Counted from the stretch's first letter, positions 45,690 to 56,341 are shown. The stretch: DNA of 64,000 nucleotides from Ferrovibrio terrae (GCF_943371255.1 NZ_CALRUC010000002.1:27086-91085); one strand, 5' to 3'. Translations and numbers: made by a program. Notes: a model not told the origin generated them from the letters alone.

Positions 45690-47033
45690 ATGACAGAGCG
45701 CGACAGCACGCTGGGCCGCGTCCGCCGCTACGCCAGGGTCGGCGCCTCCGTCGGCGGCCTGGCGGCACGGCTGGGTGCCGAACGCGTGCTCGGCGTCAAG
45801 ATGGACCGCGCCCAGCATGCGGTCGATCTGCGCAATGCGCTCGGCGGGCTGAAAGGCCCGCTGATGAAGGTGGCGCAGATCATGTCCACCATCCCCGATG
45901 CGCTGCCGAAAGAATATGTGCAGGAACTGGCGCAGCTGCAGGCCAACGCGCCGGCCATGGGCCAGGCTTTCGTCAAGCGCCGCATGCAGGCCGAGCTTGG
46001 GCCGCAATGGCAGACCAAGTTCAAGAGCTTCGATCTCACCGCTGCGGCTGCCGCCAGCCTCGGCCAGGTGCATCGCGCCACCGCGCTGGATGGCCGCGAT
46101 CTTGCCGTGAAGCTGCAATACCCTGACATGGCTTCCGCGGTGGAGGCCGACCTGCGCCAGCTCAGCCTGATTTTCGGCATCTACCGCCGCTATGATGCCG
46201 CCATCGACACCACGCATATCCATGACGAGATCGCCGCGCGCTTACGCGAGGAACTGGATTACGAGCTGGAAAGCCGCCATATGCGGCTCTACAGCGCCAT
46301 GCTGGCTGATGAAACCGGCGTGCATGTGCCCGCCGTGGTGCCCGAGCTGACCACCAAACGCCTGCTGGCGATGGGCTGGCTCGAGGGCCGGCGGCTGATG
46401 GAGTTCAAGGACGCGCCGCAGGAAACGCGCAACAGCATCGCCTTCAACCTGTTCCGCGCCTGGTATGTGCCGTTCTACCGCTGCGGCGTGATCCATGGCG
46501 ACCCGCATCTGGGCAATTACACGGTGCGCGACGATCTCGGCATCAACCTGCTCGATTTCGGCTGTGTGCGCATCTTCCCGTCGAAATTCGTCGGCGGCGT
46601 GATCGATCTCTATCGCGCCATCTCCACCGGCGACCGCGCGCTCGCCGTGCATGCCTACGAAACCTGGGGCTTCACCGGTTTGAGCAACGAGGTGATCGAC
46701 ACGCTCAATCTCTGGGCCGAATTCGTCTATGCGCCGCTGCTGGAAGACCGTCCGCGCCGCATCCAGGAAATGGAGGCCAGCGGCGTCTATGGCCGCGAGG
46801 TGGCCGAGAAGGTGCACCACCAGCTCAAGTCCCTCGGCGGTGTCACGCCGCCGCGCGAATTCGTCTTCATGGATCGTGCCGCGATTGGCCTGGGCGGAGT
46901 GTTCCTGCACCTGAAGGCCGAGATCAACTGGCACCGCATGTTCCACGACCTGATCGCCGGTTTCGATGTGAAGGCGCTGGAACAGCGCCAGAAGGCGGCA
47001 CTGAAGACGGCCGGGCTCGACGCCCCGGCTTGA
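45690..47033 (+). CDS. ABC1/AarF (UbiB-like) atypical kinase
   Basis: G.LMK..Q, AAASLGQVH.A, AVK.QYP, HGDPH.GN, LLDFG. Confidence 0.9.
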   Translation: MTERDSTLGRVRRYARVGASVGGLAARLGAERVLGVKMDRAQHAVDLRNALGGLKGPLMKVAQIMSTIPDALPKEYVQELAQLQANAPAMGQAFVKRRMQAELGPQWQTKFKSFDLTAAAAASLGQVHRATALDGRDLAVKLQYPDMASAVEADLRQLSLIFGIYRRYDAAIDTTHIHDEIAARLREELDYELESRHMRLYSAMLADETGVHVPAVVPELTTKRLLAMGWLEGRRLMEFKDAPQETRNSIAFNLFRAWYVPFYRCGVIHGDPHLGNYTVRDDLGINLLDFGCVRIFPSKFVGGVIDLYRAISTGDRALAVHAYETWGFTGLSNEVIDTLNLWAEFVYAPLLEDRPRRIQEMEASGVYGREVAEKVHHQLKSLGGVTPPREFVFMDRAAIGLGGVFLHLKAEINWHRMFHDLIAGFDVKALEQRQKAALKTAGLDAPA

Positions 47034-47050
47034 GGCTGGCGCGGGCCTTG

Positions 47051-48580
47051 CTAGCGCGGGACCGTATCGAACAGGCTGCGCAGTTTCGCGGCCAGCTCGG
47101 CCCGACGATAGGGCTTGTTGAGGAAGTCGACCGCCGCCGGAAAATCATCGCTATTCTGCACCACGCCCTTGGCGAAGCCCGATGTCAACAGCAGCTTGAT
47201 GCCGGGGCGTAGCCCCCGGGCCAGCATCGCCAGCTTGGCGCCGCTGATGCCACCGGGCATCACCATGTCGCTGAACACCAGGTCGATCGTGTCGTTGTGC
47301 TTCAGGATATTGAAGGCCATCTGGCCATTCTCGGCTTCGATGACCTGGTAGCCGAGCTGGTTCAGCTGTGCCACCGCCATCTTGCGCACCTGGACATTGT
47401 CTTCCACCACCAGAATGCATTCGCCACCGCGCGGTTCCGGCTGTGTCGTCACGCCGGCTTGCGGCAGCGCGGCGCCGCTTTCGGTCGCGCGCGGCAGGTA
47501 CAGGCGCACCGTGGTGCCATGATCCAGCTCGCTGTAAACCTTGATATGGCCGCGGGACTGGCGTGCGAAGCCGTAGACCATGCTGAGGCCCAGACCGGTG
47601 CCCTTGCCGACCGGCTTGGTGGTGAAGAACGGCTCGAAAACCCGCGCCATAATGTCGGCTGTCATGCCGGTGCCGGTATCGGAAACCGCCGTCATCACGT
47701 AATCGCCAGGCTGCACCTCGGTATTGGCGCGGCAGTAATCCTCATCAAGCGTGACATCGTGTGTTTCGATGGTCAGGCGACCACCGCTGAGCATTGCATC
47801 GCGTGCATTGATCGTCAGGTTGACCAGGGCCGCCTCGAATTGCGCCGGATCGGCCAGGACCGGATGCAGTGCATCGTCGAACACGGTGACGATCTCGATA
47901 TTCTCGCCGAGGGTCCGGCGCAGGAGCGCGATGGTGCCGGCAATGCGTTCATTGAGATCGAAGCGTTGTGCAATCAACGACTGGCGCCGTGCGAAGGCCA
48001 GCAGCTGTTGGGTCAGCTCGGCGCCACGCAGCGAGGCCTGCAGGGCATTTTCGAGGTATTCATGGGCCTGCTTGTCCAATGTCGGTTGGGTCGACAGCAG
48101 GTCCAGATTGCCGATCACCACTGACAGCAGATTGTTGAAGTCATGGGCAATGCCGCCGGTCAGCTGGCCAATCGCCTCAAGCCGCTGCGACCGGTTCAGG
48201 CGCTCTTCCTGCGCATTGTGCTCGGTCATGTCGCGACCGATGAAGAAATGCTGCTGCTCGGGTTCCGACCACACGCCGGTCCAGACCAGCGGCACCACAC
48301 GGCCGTCGCGATGCACATAGCGGCACTTGAAATTGCGGGTCTGCCGGCCCTTGCGGGCCAGGCGCATTTCATTGCGGGTGTTTTCCAGATCCTCGGGATA
48401 CAGGAAGTCGATGGCGCTGCGGCCGTTCATCTCCTCGCAAGGATAGCCGAGGATGACGAGCGAGCTGGGGCTGACGCGGATCAGGTTGCCAGTGCGGTCG
48501 ACCACCAGAATCAGGTCGACCGAGGTGTCGAAAATACGCTGGTTGATCGCGGCATCGATGCTGCGCGGTTCAAATGCCAT
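47051..48580 (-). CDS. PAS-domain hybrid histidine kinase (PAS-HisKA-HATPase-REC)
   Basis: GQLTGGIAHDFNNLL, NL.INARDAM, D.GTGM, FEPFFTTK..GKGTGLGL, C-terminal receiver. Confidence 0.93.
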   Translation of the reverse strand: MAFEPRSIDAAINQRIFDTSVDLILVVDRTGNLIRVSPSSLVILGYPCEEMNGRSAIDFLYPEDLENTRNEMRLARKGRQTRNFKCRYVHRDGRVVPLVWTGVWSEPEQQHFFIGRDMTEHNAQEERLNRSQRLEAIGQLTGGIAHDFNNLLSVVIGNLDLLSTQPTLDKQAHEYLENALQASLRGAELTQQLLAFARRQSLIAQRFDLNERIAGTIALLRRTLGENIEIVTVFDDALHPVLADPAQFEAALVNLTINARDAMLSGGRLTIETHDVTLDEDYCRANTEVQPGDYVMTAVSDTGTGMTADIMARVFEPFFTTKPVGKGTGLGLSMVYGFARQSRGHIKVYSELDHGTTVRLYLPRATESGAALPQAGVTTQPEPRGGECILVVEDNVQVRKMAVAQLNQLGYQVIEAENGQMAFNILKHNDTIDLVFSDMVMPGGISGAKLAMLARGLRPGIKLLLTSGFAKGVVQNSDDFPAAVDFLNKPYRRAELAAKLRSLFDTVPR

Positions 48581-48896
48581 CAGCTGGTTCCCGGTTTGGC
48601 CGTTGTTCAGTGATGTGCTTCGGTGCGGAATTCCGTTGCGGGCGCCGACGGCGCCATTGTTTCAGTCTCGCGGAAACATTCTCCGGCTTTTCCGCGCCCT
48701 TGAGAACTGCAATTCGTGACCAGCCACCCTGTATCTTTGCAGGCGCAATGAAATTACGGGTGGCCTGATGCCCTGACCGGATGACAGAATACGGAGGCCA
48801 GGCATGACGGTTGTAAAAGTTGCCGTTTGCCAGGGAACTTTGTTCGCCCGGACCTGTTACCAGCGATCGGGGTGCAATCGACAGGGAGCCGTGCCC

Positions 48897-49100
48897 ATGC
48901 CGCCGCAGAAACCGATGCCGCCTGCGTCGCCGCTCACCGGCCATGAGCCGCAGGCCTTTGAAAGCGATCTCGAGCGCCATCGCGCCAGCGACGACGAGGT
49001 CTATGGCGCCCATGGCGTGCAGCCCGATACGGGCGACACACCGGTTCCGCCGGGCGCTGCCACCAGGCTGACCCGGGTGGGCCAGCGCCGCAGGCATTAA
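48897..49100 (+). CDS. Small hypothetical protein (67 aa)
   Basis: AGGGAG RBS 8 nt upstream; no recognisable motif. Confidence 0.35.
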   Translation: MPPQKPMPPASPLTGHEPQAFESDLERHRASDDEVYGAHGVQPDTGDTPVPPGAATRLTRVGQRRRH

Positions 49101-49189
49101 GCAGCGCCGCCGGCACTGAAATCCGGGTTGCCGCGGCCGGCTTTTGCGCCGAAAATAAAGCCTCGTAACAACATTTCACGGCAGCGCGC

Positions 49190-50095
49190 ATGATCGGCAG
49201 CCTGTCGCTTTTCTCGCCGGGCGCAATTCAGGGCTACGGCAGTGCGACGACCACGCCGCAGAGCCTGGCCAGTGACGGCAGCGCTGTCTGCGCGTCGCTG
49301 GATTGCGGCGAGCATGGCGCGCTCAATCGCGCCAATCTGCAGGCCCAGTTCCCCGGCCTGTCCCTGTCTGCCGCCAGCGCTGCCCAGCAGCAACAGGGCC
49401 AGCAACAACAGAGCCAGCAACAACAGGGCCAGCAACAACAGAGCCAGCAGCAGACCGGTTTCGCGCCGCGCCGCGGTTCTGGCTCTGCCTCTGTATCCGG
49501 CGGTGCTGTCGCCACCGGCGGCGGGCGTCTGGCCGGCACCACCCTGCTGACCGCGCAGGAGGCCGGGCAATCCGGTGGCGGTGATGCTGCCTCATCCGGC
49601 GAGTTGAGCGAAGAGGAACAGGCGCAGGTCGCCAAGCTCAAGCAGATCGATGCCAAGGTGCGCGCCCATGAGCGCGCCCATGCCGCGGCCGGCGGCGCCC
49701 ATGCCGGGGCGCCGAGCTACAGCTACACCCGTGGACCGGATGGCCAGATGTATGCCACGTCCGGCGAGGTCGCCATCGATATCGGCCCCGAGAACGACCC
49801 CGAAGCCACGCTGCAAAAGGCCACCCAGATCGCGGCTGCCGCGCTGGCCCCGGCCGATCCTTCGGGCCAGGATCGCGCAGTGGCTGCCGCCGCCGCGCAA
49901 CTGCGGCTGCAGGCGCTGGCCCAGATCCGCGAGGAAAAGCGGGCCGAACAGGAGCAGCAGGAGGCCGAGGCGGACGCAGCCGCAGCCGAAACCGCCGGGC
50001 AGGCGGGCTCTGCGGCCCCGGCCGATCCCGCCGGACAGGCGCGCATCACGGCTGCCAACCGCCGGATCGGCCAGCTGGTCGGGCTGATTGCCTGA
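49190..50095 (+). CDS. SprA-related family protein
   Basis: L...D..VRAHE.AH...GG..AG..SY.Y..GPDG..YA..GEV.ID; AALAPA.PSGQD..VAA.A. Confidence 0.8.
   Translation: MIGSLSLFSPGAIQGYGSATTTPQSLASDGSAVCASLDCGEHGALNRANLQAQFPGLSLSAASAAQQQQGQQQQSQQQQGQQQQSQQQTGFAPRRGSGSASVSGGAVATGGGRLAGTTLLTAQEAGQSGGGDAASSGELSEEEQAQVAKLKQIDAKVRAHERAHAAAGGAHAGAPSYSYTRGPDGQMYATSGEVAIDIGPENDPEATLQKATQIAAAALAPADPSGQDRAVAAAAAQLRLQALAQIREEKRAEQEQQEAEADAAAAETAGQAGSAAPADPAGQARITAANRRIGQLVGLIA
49384..49453 (+). repeat. 15-bp tandem repeat (about 4.7 copies) encoding QQQGQ/QQQSQ
   Basis: CCAGCA(A/G)CAACAG(G/A)G units alternating, giving a 30-bp higher-order unit. Confidence 0.85.
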
Positions 50096-50237
50096 AATGA
50101 CGGGTGAAACCGGCCCCGGACCGGCCCGCTCCCATGCGGGTGAAGGGTTGTGCGGCCTTCGGACGCCAGCGTAATATCCCGTCCGATTCAAGCGTCTAGC
50201 GACGTCAATCCCTAAACCGACCGATCAAGAGGATACT

Positions 50238-50375
50238 ATGGCCGAAGAGCACAAGATGGGCAGCATGGACATCAGCCATCACAAGGCATCCTGGGATGGC
50301 TTCATGGCGATGACCAAATGGGGCAGCATCGCTGTCATCATCCTTCTGGTTCTGCTGGCGATCTTCGTGGTCTGA
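50238..50375 (+). CDS. aa3-type cytochrome c oxidase subunit IV (not in ORF track)
   Basis: MAEEHKMGSMDISHHKASWDGFMAMTKWGSIAVIILLVLLAIFVV; GSMDI.. H...W.GF + single TM; RBS GAGGA. Confidence 0.8.
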   Translation: MAEEHKMGSMDISHHKASWDGFMAMTKWGSIAVIILLVLLAIFVV

Positions 50376-50447
50376 TCCATCCGGCGGCGCCCTGGCAGGT
50401 GCCGCCGTTTTTGCGCCATCTTGGTAAGTACGGCGGGGGGAGCTGTC

Positions 50448-51599
50448 ATGAAAATCGGAATACCGAAGGAACGTCGCGCCGGCGAAAAGCGCGTCGCGGC
50501 CTCGCCTGAAACGGTGAAGAAATTCGTTGGCCTGGGCTGCACGGTCGTTGTCGAGACCGGTGCCGGCATGGCGGCCGATATCCCCGACGATCAATACACC
50601 GCCATGGGCGCGCAGATCGGCGCTGATGCGAAGACCACGCTCGGCGATGCCGATCTGGTGCTGAAGGTGCAGCGCCCGATGACGGCGGCCGAGGGCAATG
50701 ACGAACTGGCGTTGCTGAAAAAAGGCGCCGTGCTGGTCGCGGCCCTGCAGCCGCTGCAGCAGCGCGACCAGGTCAAGGCTTATGCCGCTGCCGGCATCTC
50801 GGCCTATGCCATGGAACTGATGCCGCGCATCACCCGTGCGCAGTCGATGGATATTCTCTCCTCGCAGTCCAATCTCGCCGGCTACAAGTCGGTGCTCGAT
50901 GCCGCAGGGCATTTCGGCCGCGCCTTCCCGATGATGATGACCTCCGCCGGCACCATCGCGCCGGCGCGCGTTTTCATCATGGGCGTCGGCGTTGCCGGCC
51001 TGCAGGCGATTGCCACCGCCAAGCGCCTCGGCGCCGTGGTCTCGGCCACCGATGTGCGCCCGGCCACCAAGGAACAGGTCGAAAGCCTCGGCGGCAAGTT
51101 CGTCTGGGTCGATGACGAGGAAGCCCGCAGCTCGCAGACCGCCGGCGGCTATGCCAAGGAAATGTCGGCCGAGTACAAGGCCAAGCAGGCGACCCTGATC
51201 GCCGAAACGGTGAAGAAGCAGGACATCATCATCACCACCGCGCTGATCCCCGGCCGTCCCGCGCCGGTTCTGGTGACCGAGGAGATGGTGCGCTCCATGC
51301 GTCCGGGTTCGGTTATCATCGATCTGGCGGTTGAGTCCGGCGGCAATTGCCCGCTGTCGAAGACCGACCAGGTGGTGGATGTGAACGGCGTCAAGGTTGT
51401 CGGCTACAGCAACTATCCCAGCCGCGTGCCGGTCGATGCCTCCAACCTCTATGCCAAGAACCTGTGGAACTTCCTCAGCCCGCATTGGGACAAGGACAGC
51501 AAGACCATCAAGTTCAATCTCGAGGACGAAACCGTGACGGGCACCTGCGTGGTGCGCGACGGCCAGATTGTCCATCCGCAGCTGAAAGAGGGGAACTGA
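50448..51599 (+). CDS. pntA: NAD(P) transhydrogenase subunit alpha, part 1
   Basis: [42 protein letters not shown]. Confidence 0.95.
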   Translation: MKIGIPKERRAGEKRVAASPETVKKFVGLGCTVVVETGAGMAADIPDDQYTAMGAQIGADAKTTLGDADLVLKVQRPMTAAEGNDELALLKKGAVLVAALQPLQQRDQVKAYAAAGISAYAMELMPRITRAQSMDILSSQSNLAGYKSVLDAAGHFGRAFPMMMTSAGTIAPARVFIMGVGVAGLQAIATAKRLGAVVSATDVRPATKEQVESLGGKFVWVDDEEARSSQTAGGYAKEMSAEYKAKQATLIAETVKKQDIIITTALIPGRPAPVLVTEEMVRSMRPGSVIIDLAVESGGNCPLSKTDQVVDVNGVKVVGYSNYPSRVPVDASNLYAKNLWNFLSPHWDKDSKTIKFNLEDETVTGTCVVRDGQIVHPQLKEGN

Positions 51600-51601
51600 C
51601 C

Positions 51602-51901
51602 ATGGGTGAGGTATATTCCTTCTTCTCGCTGCTCACGGTCTTCGCGCTGGCCTGCTTCGTCGGCTATTACGTGGTCTGGAGCGTGACGCCGGCCCTGCAT
51701 ACGCCGCTGATGAGCGTCACCAACGCGATCTCGTCGGTCATCATTGTCGGTGCGCTGATCGCCGCCGGTGCCTCGGCCACCTTCGATGCGTCCAAGATTT
51801 TCGGCCTGCTTGCCATCGCGCTGGCCGCCGTGAATATCTTCGGCGGCTTCCTCGTCACGCAGCGCATGCTGGCGATGTACAAGAAAAAAGAAAAGAAGTG
51901 A
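51602..51901 (+). CDS. pntA: NAD(P) transhydrogenase subunit alpha, part 2 (membrane)
   Basis: [31 protein letters not shown]. Confidence 0.93.
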   Translation: MGEVYSFFSLLTVFALACFVGYYVVWSVTPALHTPLMSVTNAISSVIIVGALIAAGASATFDASKIFGLLAIALAAVNIFGGFLVTQRMLAMYKKKEKK

Positions 51902-51911
51902 GGGCCGCGCC

Positions 51912-53309
51912 ATGCCGATCCAACTGACTGCGCTGCTCTATCTCGTCAGCTCCATCCTGTTCATCCTGGCGCTGCGCGGGCTTTCCTCGCCCGAGACCAG
52001 CCGCAAGGGCAACTTCTACGGCATGACCGGCATGGCCATCGCCGTGGTCACCACGATTGCCAATCTCGGCGACCTGTCGGGCTCCATCGTCTGGGTGCTG
52101 GTCGCGCTCGTGATCGGTGGCGGCGTCGGCACCGTGCTGGCGCGGCGCATCCAGATGACGGCGATGCCGCAGCTGGTTGCCGCCATGCACAGCCTGGTCG
52201 GCCTCGCCGCCGTGCTGGTGGCGGCGGCCGCCTTCTACAATCCCGCGCCCTACGGCATCCTCAATGCCGCCGGCCAGCTCACGGTGGCGGCGCGCATCGA
52301 AATGTCGCTTGGCGTGGTGATCGGTATCATCACCTTCTCCGGTTCGCTGGTGGCCTTTGCCAAGCTGCAGGGCCTGGTTTCGGGCAGCCCGGTGATCTTC
52401 AAGGGCCAGCATTTCCTCAATGCCCTGATCGGTCTCGCCATCCTCGCTCTGGTCGTCGCCTTCTGCATGGCGCCCAGCCGCGAACTGTTCTGGGCTGTCA
52501 CCGTGCTGGCGCTGATCGTCGGCTTCACCATCATCATCCCGATTGGCGGCGCCGACATGCCCGTCGTCGTGTCGATGCTGAACAGCTATTCCGGCTGGGC
52601 CGCGGCCGGCATCGGCTTCACCCTGCAGAACCCGGCACTGATCGTCACCGGCGCGCTGGTCGGTTCGTCCGGCGCGATCCTGTCCTACATCATGTGCAAG
52701 GGCATGAACCGCTCGCTGTTCAACGTCATCCTCGGCGGCTTCGGTGGCGACACCTCGGCTGCCGCCGGTGGCGAAAAGGTGGATCGTCCCTACAAGAAGG
52801 GCTCGGCCGACGACGCGGCCTTCATCATGAAGAATGCCGGCAAGGTCATCATCGTGCCGGGCTACGGCATGGCGGTGTCGCAGGCCCAGCATGCGCTGCG
52901 TGAAATGGGCGACCGGCTGAAGGAAGAGGGCGTCGAGGTCAAATACGCCATCCATCCGGTGGCTGGCCGTATGCCCGGCCATATGAACGTGCTGCTGGCC
53001 GAAGCCAATGTCTCCTATGACGAGGTGTTCGAGCTGGAGGAGATCAACTCCGAATTCCAGACCGCCGATGTCGCTTTCGTCATCGGCGCCAACGACGTCA
53101 CCAACCCCGCCGCGCGCGACGACCCCAAGAGCCCGATCTACGGCATGCCGATTCTCGATGTCGACAAGGCCAAGACCGTGCTGTTCGTGAAGCGCTCGAT
53201 GGCGTCGGGTTACGCGGGTATCGACAACGGGCTGTTCTACAAGGACAACACGATGATGTTATTGGCCGACGCCAAGAAGATGGTCGAGGACATCGTCAAG
53301 GGGCTCTGA
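51912..53309 (+). CDS. pntB: NAD(P) transhydrogenase subunit beta
   Basis: MPQLVA..HSLVG, GGADMPVVVSMLNSYSGWAA, HPVAGRMPGHMNVLLAEA, GANDV.NP. Confidence 0.97.
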   Translation: MPIQLTALLYLVSSILFILALRGLSSPETSRKGNFYGMTGMAIAVVTTIANLGDLSGSIVWVLVALVIGGGVGTVLARRIQMTAMPQLVAAMHSLVGLAAVLVAAAAFYNPAPYGILNAAGQLTVAARIEMSLGVVIGIITFSGSLVAFAKLQGLVSGSPVIFKGQHFLNALIGLAILALVVAFCMAPSRELFWAVTVLALIVGFTIIIPIGGADMPVVVSMLNSYSGWAAAGIGFTLQNPALIVTGALVGSSGAILSYIMCKGMNRSLFNVILGGFGGDTSAAAGGEKVDRPYKKGSADDAAFIMKNAGKVIIVPGYGMAVSQAQHALREMGDRLKEEGVEVKYAIHPVAGRMPGHMNVLLAEANVSYDEVFELEEINSEFQTADVAFVIGANDVTNPAARDDPKSPIYGMPILDVDKAKTVLFVKRSMASGYAGIDNGLFYKDNTMMLLADAKKMVEDIVKGL

Positions 53310-53356
53310 CCCCAAAGCGCTGTAGCGCCCTGCGAAAATTGTATTCAGACAATCCC

Positions 53357-53396
53357 AACCGGCCCGGATCTCACGATTCGGGCCGGTTTCATTTTT
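53357..53396 (+). terminator. Probable intrinsic terminator after pntB
   Basis: AACCGGCCC...GGGCCGGTT hairpin followed by T-rich tract. Confidence 0.6.
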
Positions 53397-53470
53397 GAAC
53401 CGCTATAAAAGAGAATCCTTTGTATGCGAACGGGATGTGGTAAACAGGCGCCCGCAAAAATCGCAATGCC

Positions 53471-54670
53471 ATGAACACCGCTACCCATAATCGCATCCCG
53501 CTCGCCTCCCATGATCCTCTGACATGGGATCCGGGCAGCCTTGCGGCCGGTATTCTCGATCTGGCGCATCGCGACCTCGAAAACGCCAATTTCGAGGGCC
53601 GCGCCATGCAGCGCGCCAGGCTGGCCGGCAGCAACCTGCGTTCGGCCCGGCTGTCGCGCGCCGATCTGGCCGAGGCCGACCTGTTCGGCGCCGACCTGGC
53701 CCAGGCCGACCTGCGGAGCGCCAACCTGACACGCGCGATCCTGCGCGGCACCACGCTGCGCGGCGCCAATCTCAACAACACCGTGCTGGTCGAGGCCGAT
53801 TTCCGCGGTGGCGTGATGATGCGGCCCAGCCAGCATCGGGACGGCGCAGAGGCCGGCTCCCAGATTCGCGCCGGCATCGATGTGTCCGATCTCAGCAACT
53901 GCCTGCTGGAATATGCCACCGCCTCGCGCGCCCAGTTTTCCGGCGTCGATCTCAGCGGTGCCTCGCTGGTCGGCGCCGATCTGTCGGGCGCGAATTTCTT
54001 CGGCAGTAACCTGCGCGATGCGGATCTGTCCTACGCCAATCTGAGCGGCGCGAATTTAAGCGATTCCAAGCTGGTCGGCACGCGGCTGACCGGCGCGAAT
54101 CTGAGCGGCGCGCAGATCGTCAATGCCACGGTGGAGCAGGTGAGTGCTGCCGGCGCCGATTTCACCGATACGGTGATTCGCGGCACCGATGCGGCTGGCT
54201 TCCAGACCACCGAACGGCTGGTCACGACGCTGGATTTCGCGCCGGATCTGGCGGCGGCGATTGCGCAGCATCGCGCCTGGATGCAGTCCGATGGTGCCTC
54301 CGGCCGCCAGCTCAGCCTGGCCGGTCAGGGCTTCCCCTATCATGACTTCTCCGGCCTGGAGCTGGATGGCGCCGATTTCAGCGACTGCGACCTGCGCGGC
54401 TGCCGCTTCGACCGCGCCAGCCTGCTGCTCGCCAGTTTCCTGCGCGCCAATCTTGCCGGCGCCAGCTTCGCCGAGGCCCGTATCGCCGGCCTGCGTTTCA
54501 TCGAGGCCAATCTGCGCTGGGCCGATCTGCGCGGCGCCAATCCTGGCCGCCTGCCGATCTATCATGGCAACGGCGATTTCAGCGGCCGGCATCTCGCCAC
54601 CGATTTCACCGGCGCTGCGCTCGATGGCGCCCGGCTGGATGGCTTCGACCTCGCCGCCTGCCGGCGCTAG
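53471..54670 (+). CDS. Pentapeptide-repeat protein
   Basis: Multiple blocks of A(D/N)Lxx repeats separated by non-repeat inserts. Confidence 0.9.
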   Translation: MNTATHNRIPLASHDPLTWDPGSLAAGILDLAHRDLENANFEGRAMQRARLAGSNLRSARLSRADLAEADLFGADLAQADLRSANLTRAILRGTTLRGANLNNTVLVEADFRGGVMMRPSQHRDGAEAGSQIRAGIDVSDLSNCLLEYATASRAQFSGVDLSGASLVGADLSGANFFGSNLRDADLSYANLSGANLSDSKLVGTRLTGANLSGAQIVNATVEQVSAAGADFTDTVIRGTDAAGFQTTERLVTTLDFAPDLAAAIAQHRAWMQSDGASGRQLSLAGQGFPYHDFSGLELDGADFSDCDLRGCRFDRASLLLASFLRANLAGASFAEARIAGLRFIEANLRWADLRGANPGRLPIYHGNGDFSGRHLATDFTGAALDGARLDGFDLAACRR

Positions 54671-55764
54671 CGGGTGTCCAGATCGGCGTGCTGCAGCCCG
54701 CAGTAATAGGGCTCGCCCTGTTCGGCAAAGGCGTTGAGCTTGGCATTGTAGCAGCCATGCTCGAAGCCATGCTTGTCGGTGATGCGGATCAGCATCGGCA
54801 GATGGCGGCCATCGCTCTCGCGCGGACCGGTGAGGTAGAAGCTGATGCGGTCGATGCGATAGCCCAGCACGCGCAGGTCTTTCAGGTTCGCCAGCCGCTC
54901 GCTCACCGCGCTCAGGAAGGTCTCGGTGTTGCAGCTCTTGTGGCCCAGGCCCAGCGGGCGCTCGAAATCGCCGATCAGCATCTGATCCGGTGCCGCGGTG
55001 CCGATCAGGCGCGCCACCTTGATGGTGACATCGCCGACGATGAAGGCGCCGCCATCGCTGCCGTCCTTGCGCGGCTGGTGGTAGAGGAAATGGCTGCCGA
55101 TACTCAGGACCAGCCGCAGCACCGGCACGGTGGCGGCCGTGGTGGCGGTGCGCCGCAGCGCGGCGAACAGGATCTGGAAAATCGCCACTGCGCAGAAGAA
55201 GTCGATATCGGCGCGCAGGCCTGAGCGCTCGTTCCAGACATAGAAGCCGTCGCCGGTGGTGGTGCGGCCGAAGCTGACGCCCAGGCCATGGCCGCGCGCC
55301 ATCTCCTCGGCCAGGTTGAGCGAGAATTCCAGCGTGGTGAGCTGGGCGGCCTGCTCCTCCGGGCCCGCCTTGGAGAAGCCGACGATATCCAGCAGCAGCA
55401 CGGCGCGATGCAGCGTCTTGGTCACGGTGAACAGCCGGAACATGCGCTCGACCAGCGCCGGAGCGATCTCGCCGGGCCCGGACCCGATCGGCGTCTCCAG
55501 CCGCAGCTCGACCGGCTGCACCTCCAGCAGGCGGGCGGCCTCGTCCAGCTTGCCGCCCTCCATCAGGCTGCCCTCGGCAAATACCGGCAGATGCCGGCCA
55601 TGATCGGTGAACAGCCGCACCTTGGGCAGGGTGATGATCTCGATGCCGAGCCGCGACGGCCGCCAGCCGACCAGCGCGTTGCTGCCGAAGCGCCAGAGGT
55701 CGAACAGGATCGTATGCAGCTGCCGCAGGGCGGCGCTCTCGGGTTGGGGCAGGTCGGCGGTCAT
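54667..55764 (-). CDS. Divergent class III nucleotidyl-cyclase-like protein
   Basis: VLLLDIVGFSK and TTGDGF metal-binding aspartates; GDVTIKVARL in place of GDxVNxAxRL. Confidence 0.6.
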   Translation of the reverse strand: MTADLPQPESAALRQLHTILFDLWRFGSNALVGWRPSRLGIEIITLPKVRLFTDHGRHLPVFAEGSLMEGGKLDEAARLLEVQPVELRLETPIGSGPGEIAPALVERMFRLFTVTKTLHRAVLLLDIVGFSKAGPEEQAAQLTTLEFSLNLAEEMARGHGLGVSFGRTTTGDGFYVWNERSGLRADIDFFCAVAIFQILFAALRRTATTAATVPVLRLVLSIGSHFLYHQPRKDGSDGGAFIVGDVTIKVARLIGTAAPDQMLIGDFERPLGLGHKSCNTETFLSAVSERLANLKDLRVLGYRIDRISFYLTGPRESDGRHLPMLIRITDKHGFEHGCYNAKLNAFAEQGEPYYCGLQHADLDTR

Positions 55765-56110
55765 TTTTGCTTGGTCTTCCGCTCCGGAGCCGCCTGATTA
55801 CCCCCGGGTCCGGTGTGAATCAATCGCAATCGGGATGAAATCCGTCTGTGTCAGGGTCGCAGCCGGGGAACCGGGAGGGCAGTTTTGCGTTATACTTGGT
55901 CGACTTATGCCAGGGCTGCGGCGTCTTTCCGACCCGCCGGCCTTGCAGGAATGGCAAAACTCCCTATGTTAGGGGCGTCATTCTACTACGGACTGCCGGC
56001 CTGTTACCCCTTCGTCTTCGATGGGTGTCCAGACCACAAGCCCCTGGACATAGTCTGATGCGTCGCACATGAGTGCGTCGCTGCTACCATCTGAGACGAG
56101 GAATACACAC

Positions 56111-56320
56111 ATGGCCAACGGCACTGTGAAGTGGTTTAACGGCACCAAGGGTTACGGTTTCATCCAGCCGGAAGCTGGCGGCGCGGACGTTTTCGTCCAC
56201 ATCTCCGCTGTCGAGCGCGCTGGTCTGAGCACCCTGAATGAAGGCCAGAAGGTCTCCTTCGAGGAACAGCGCGACCCGAAGCGCGGCAAGACCTCGGCGG
56301 TGAACCTGAAGGCTCTCTGA
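56111..56320 (+). CDS. Cold-shock protein (CspA family)
   Basis: [21 protein letters not shown]. Confidence 0.96.
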   Translation: MANGTVKWFNGTKGYGFIQPEAGGADVFVHISAVERAGLSTLNEGQKVSFEEQRDPKRGKTSAVNLKAL

Positions 56321-56341
56321 GCCAACAGGCCGCAAGGTATC

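Noticed and set aside
47051-48900. PAS hybrid kinase region as a foreign island
   Set aside because: Only slightly atypical codon use, no mobility genes or boundary repeats; ordinary signalling gene
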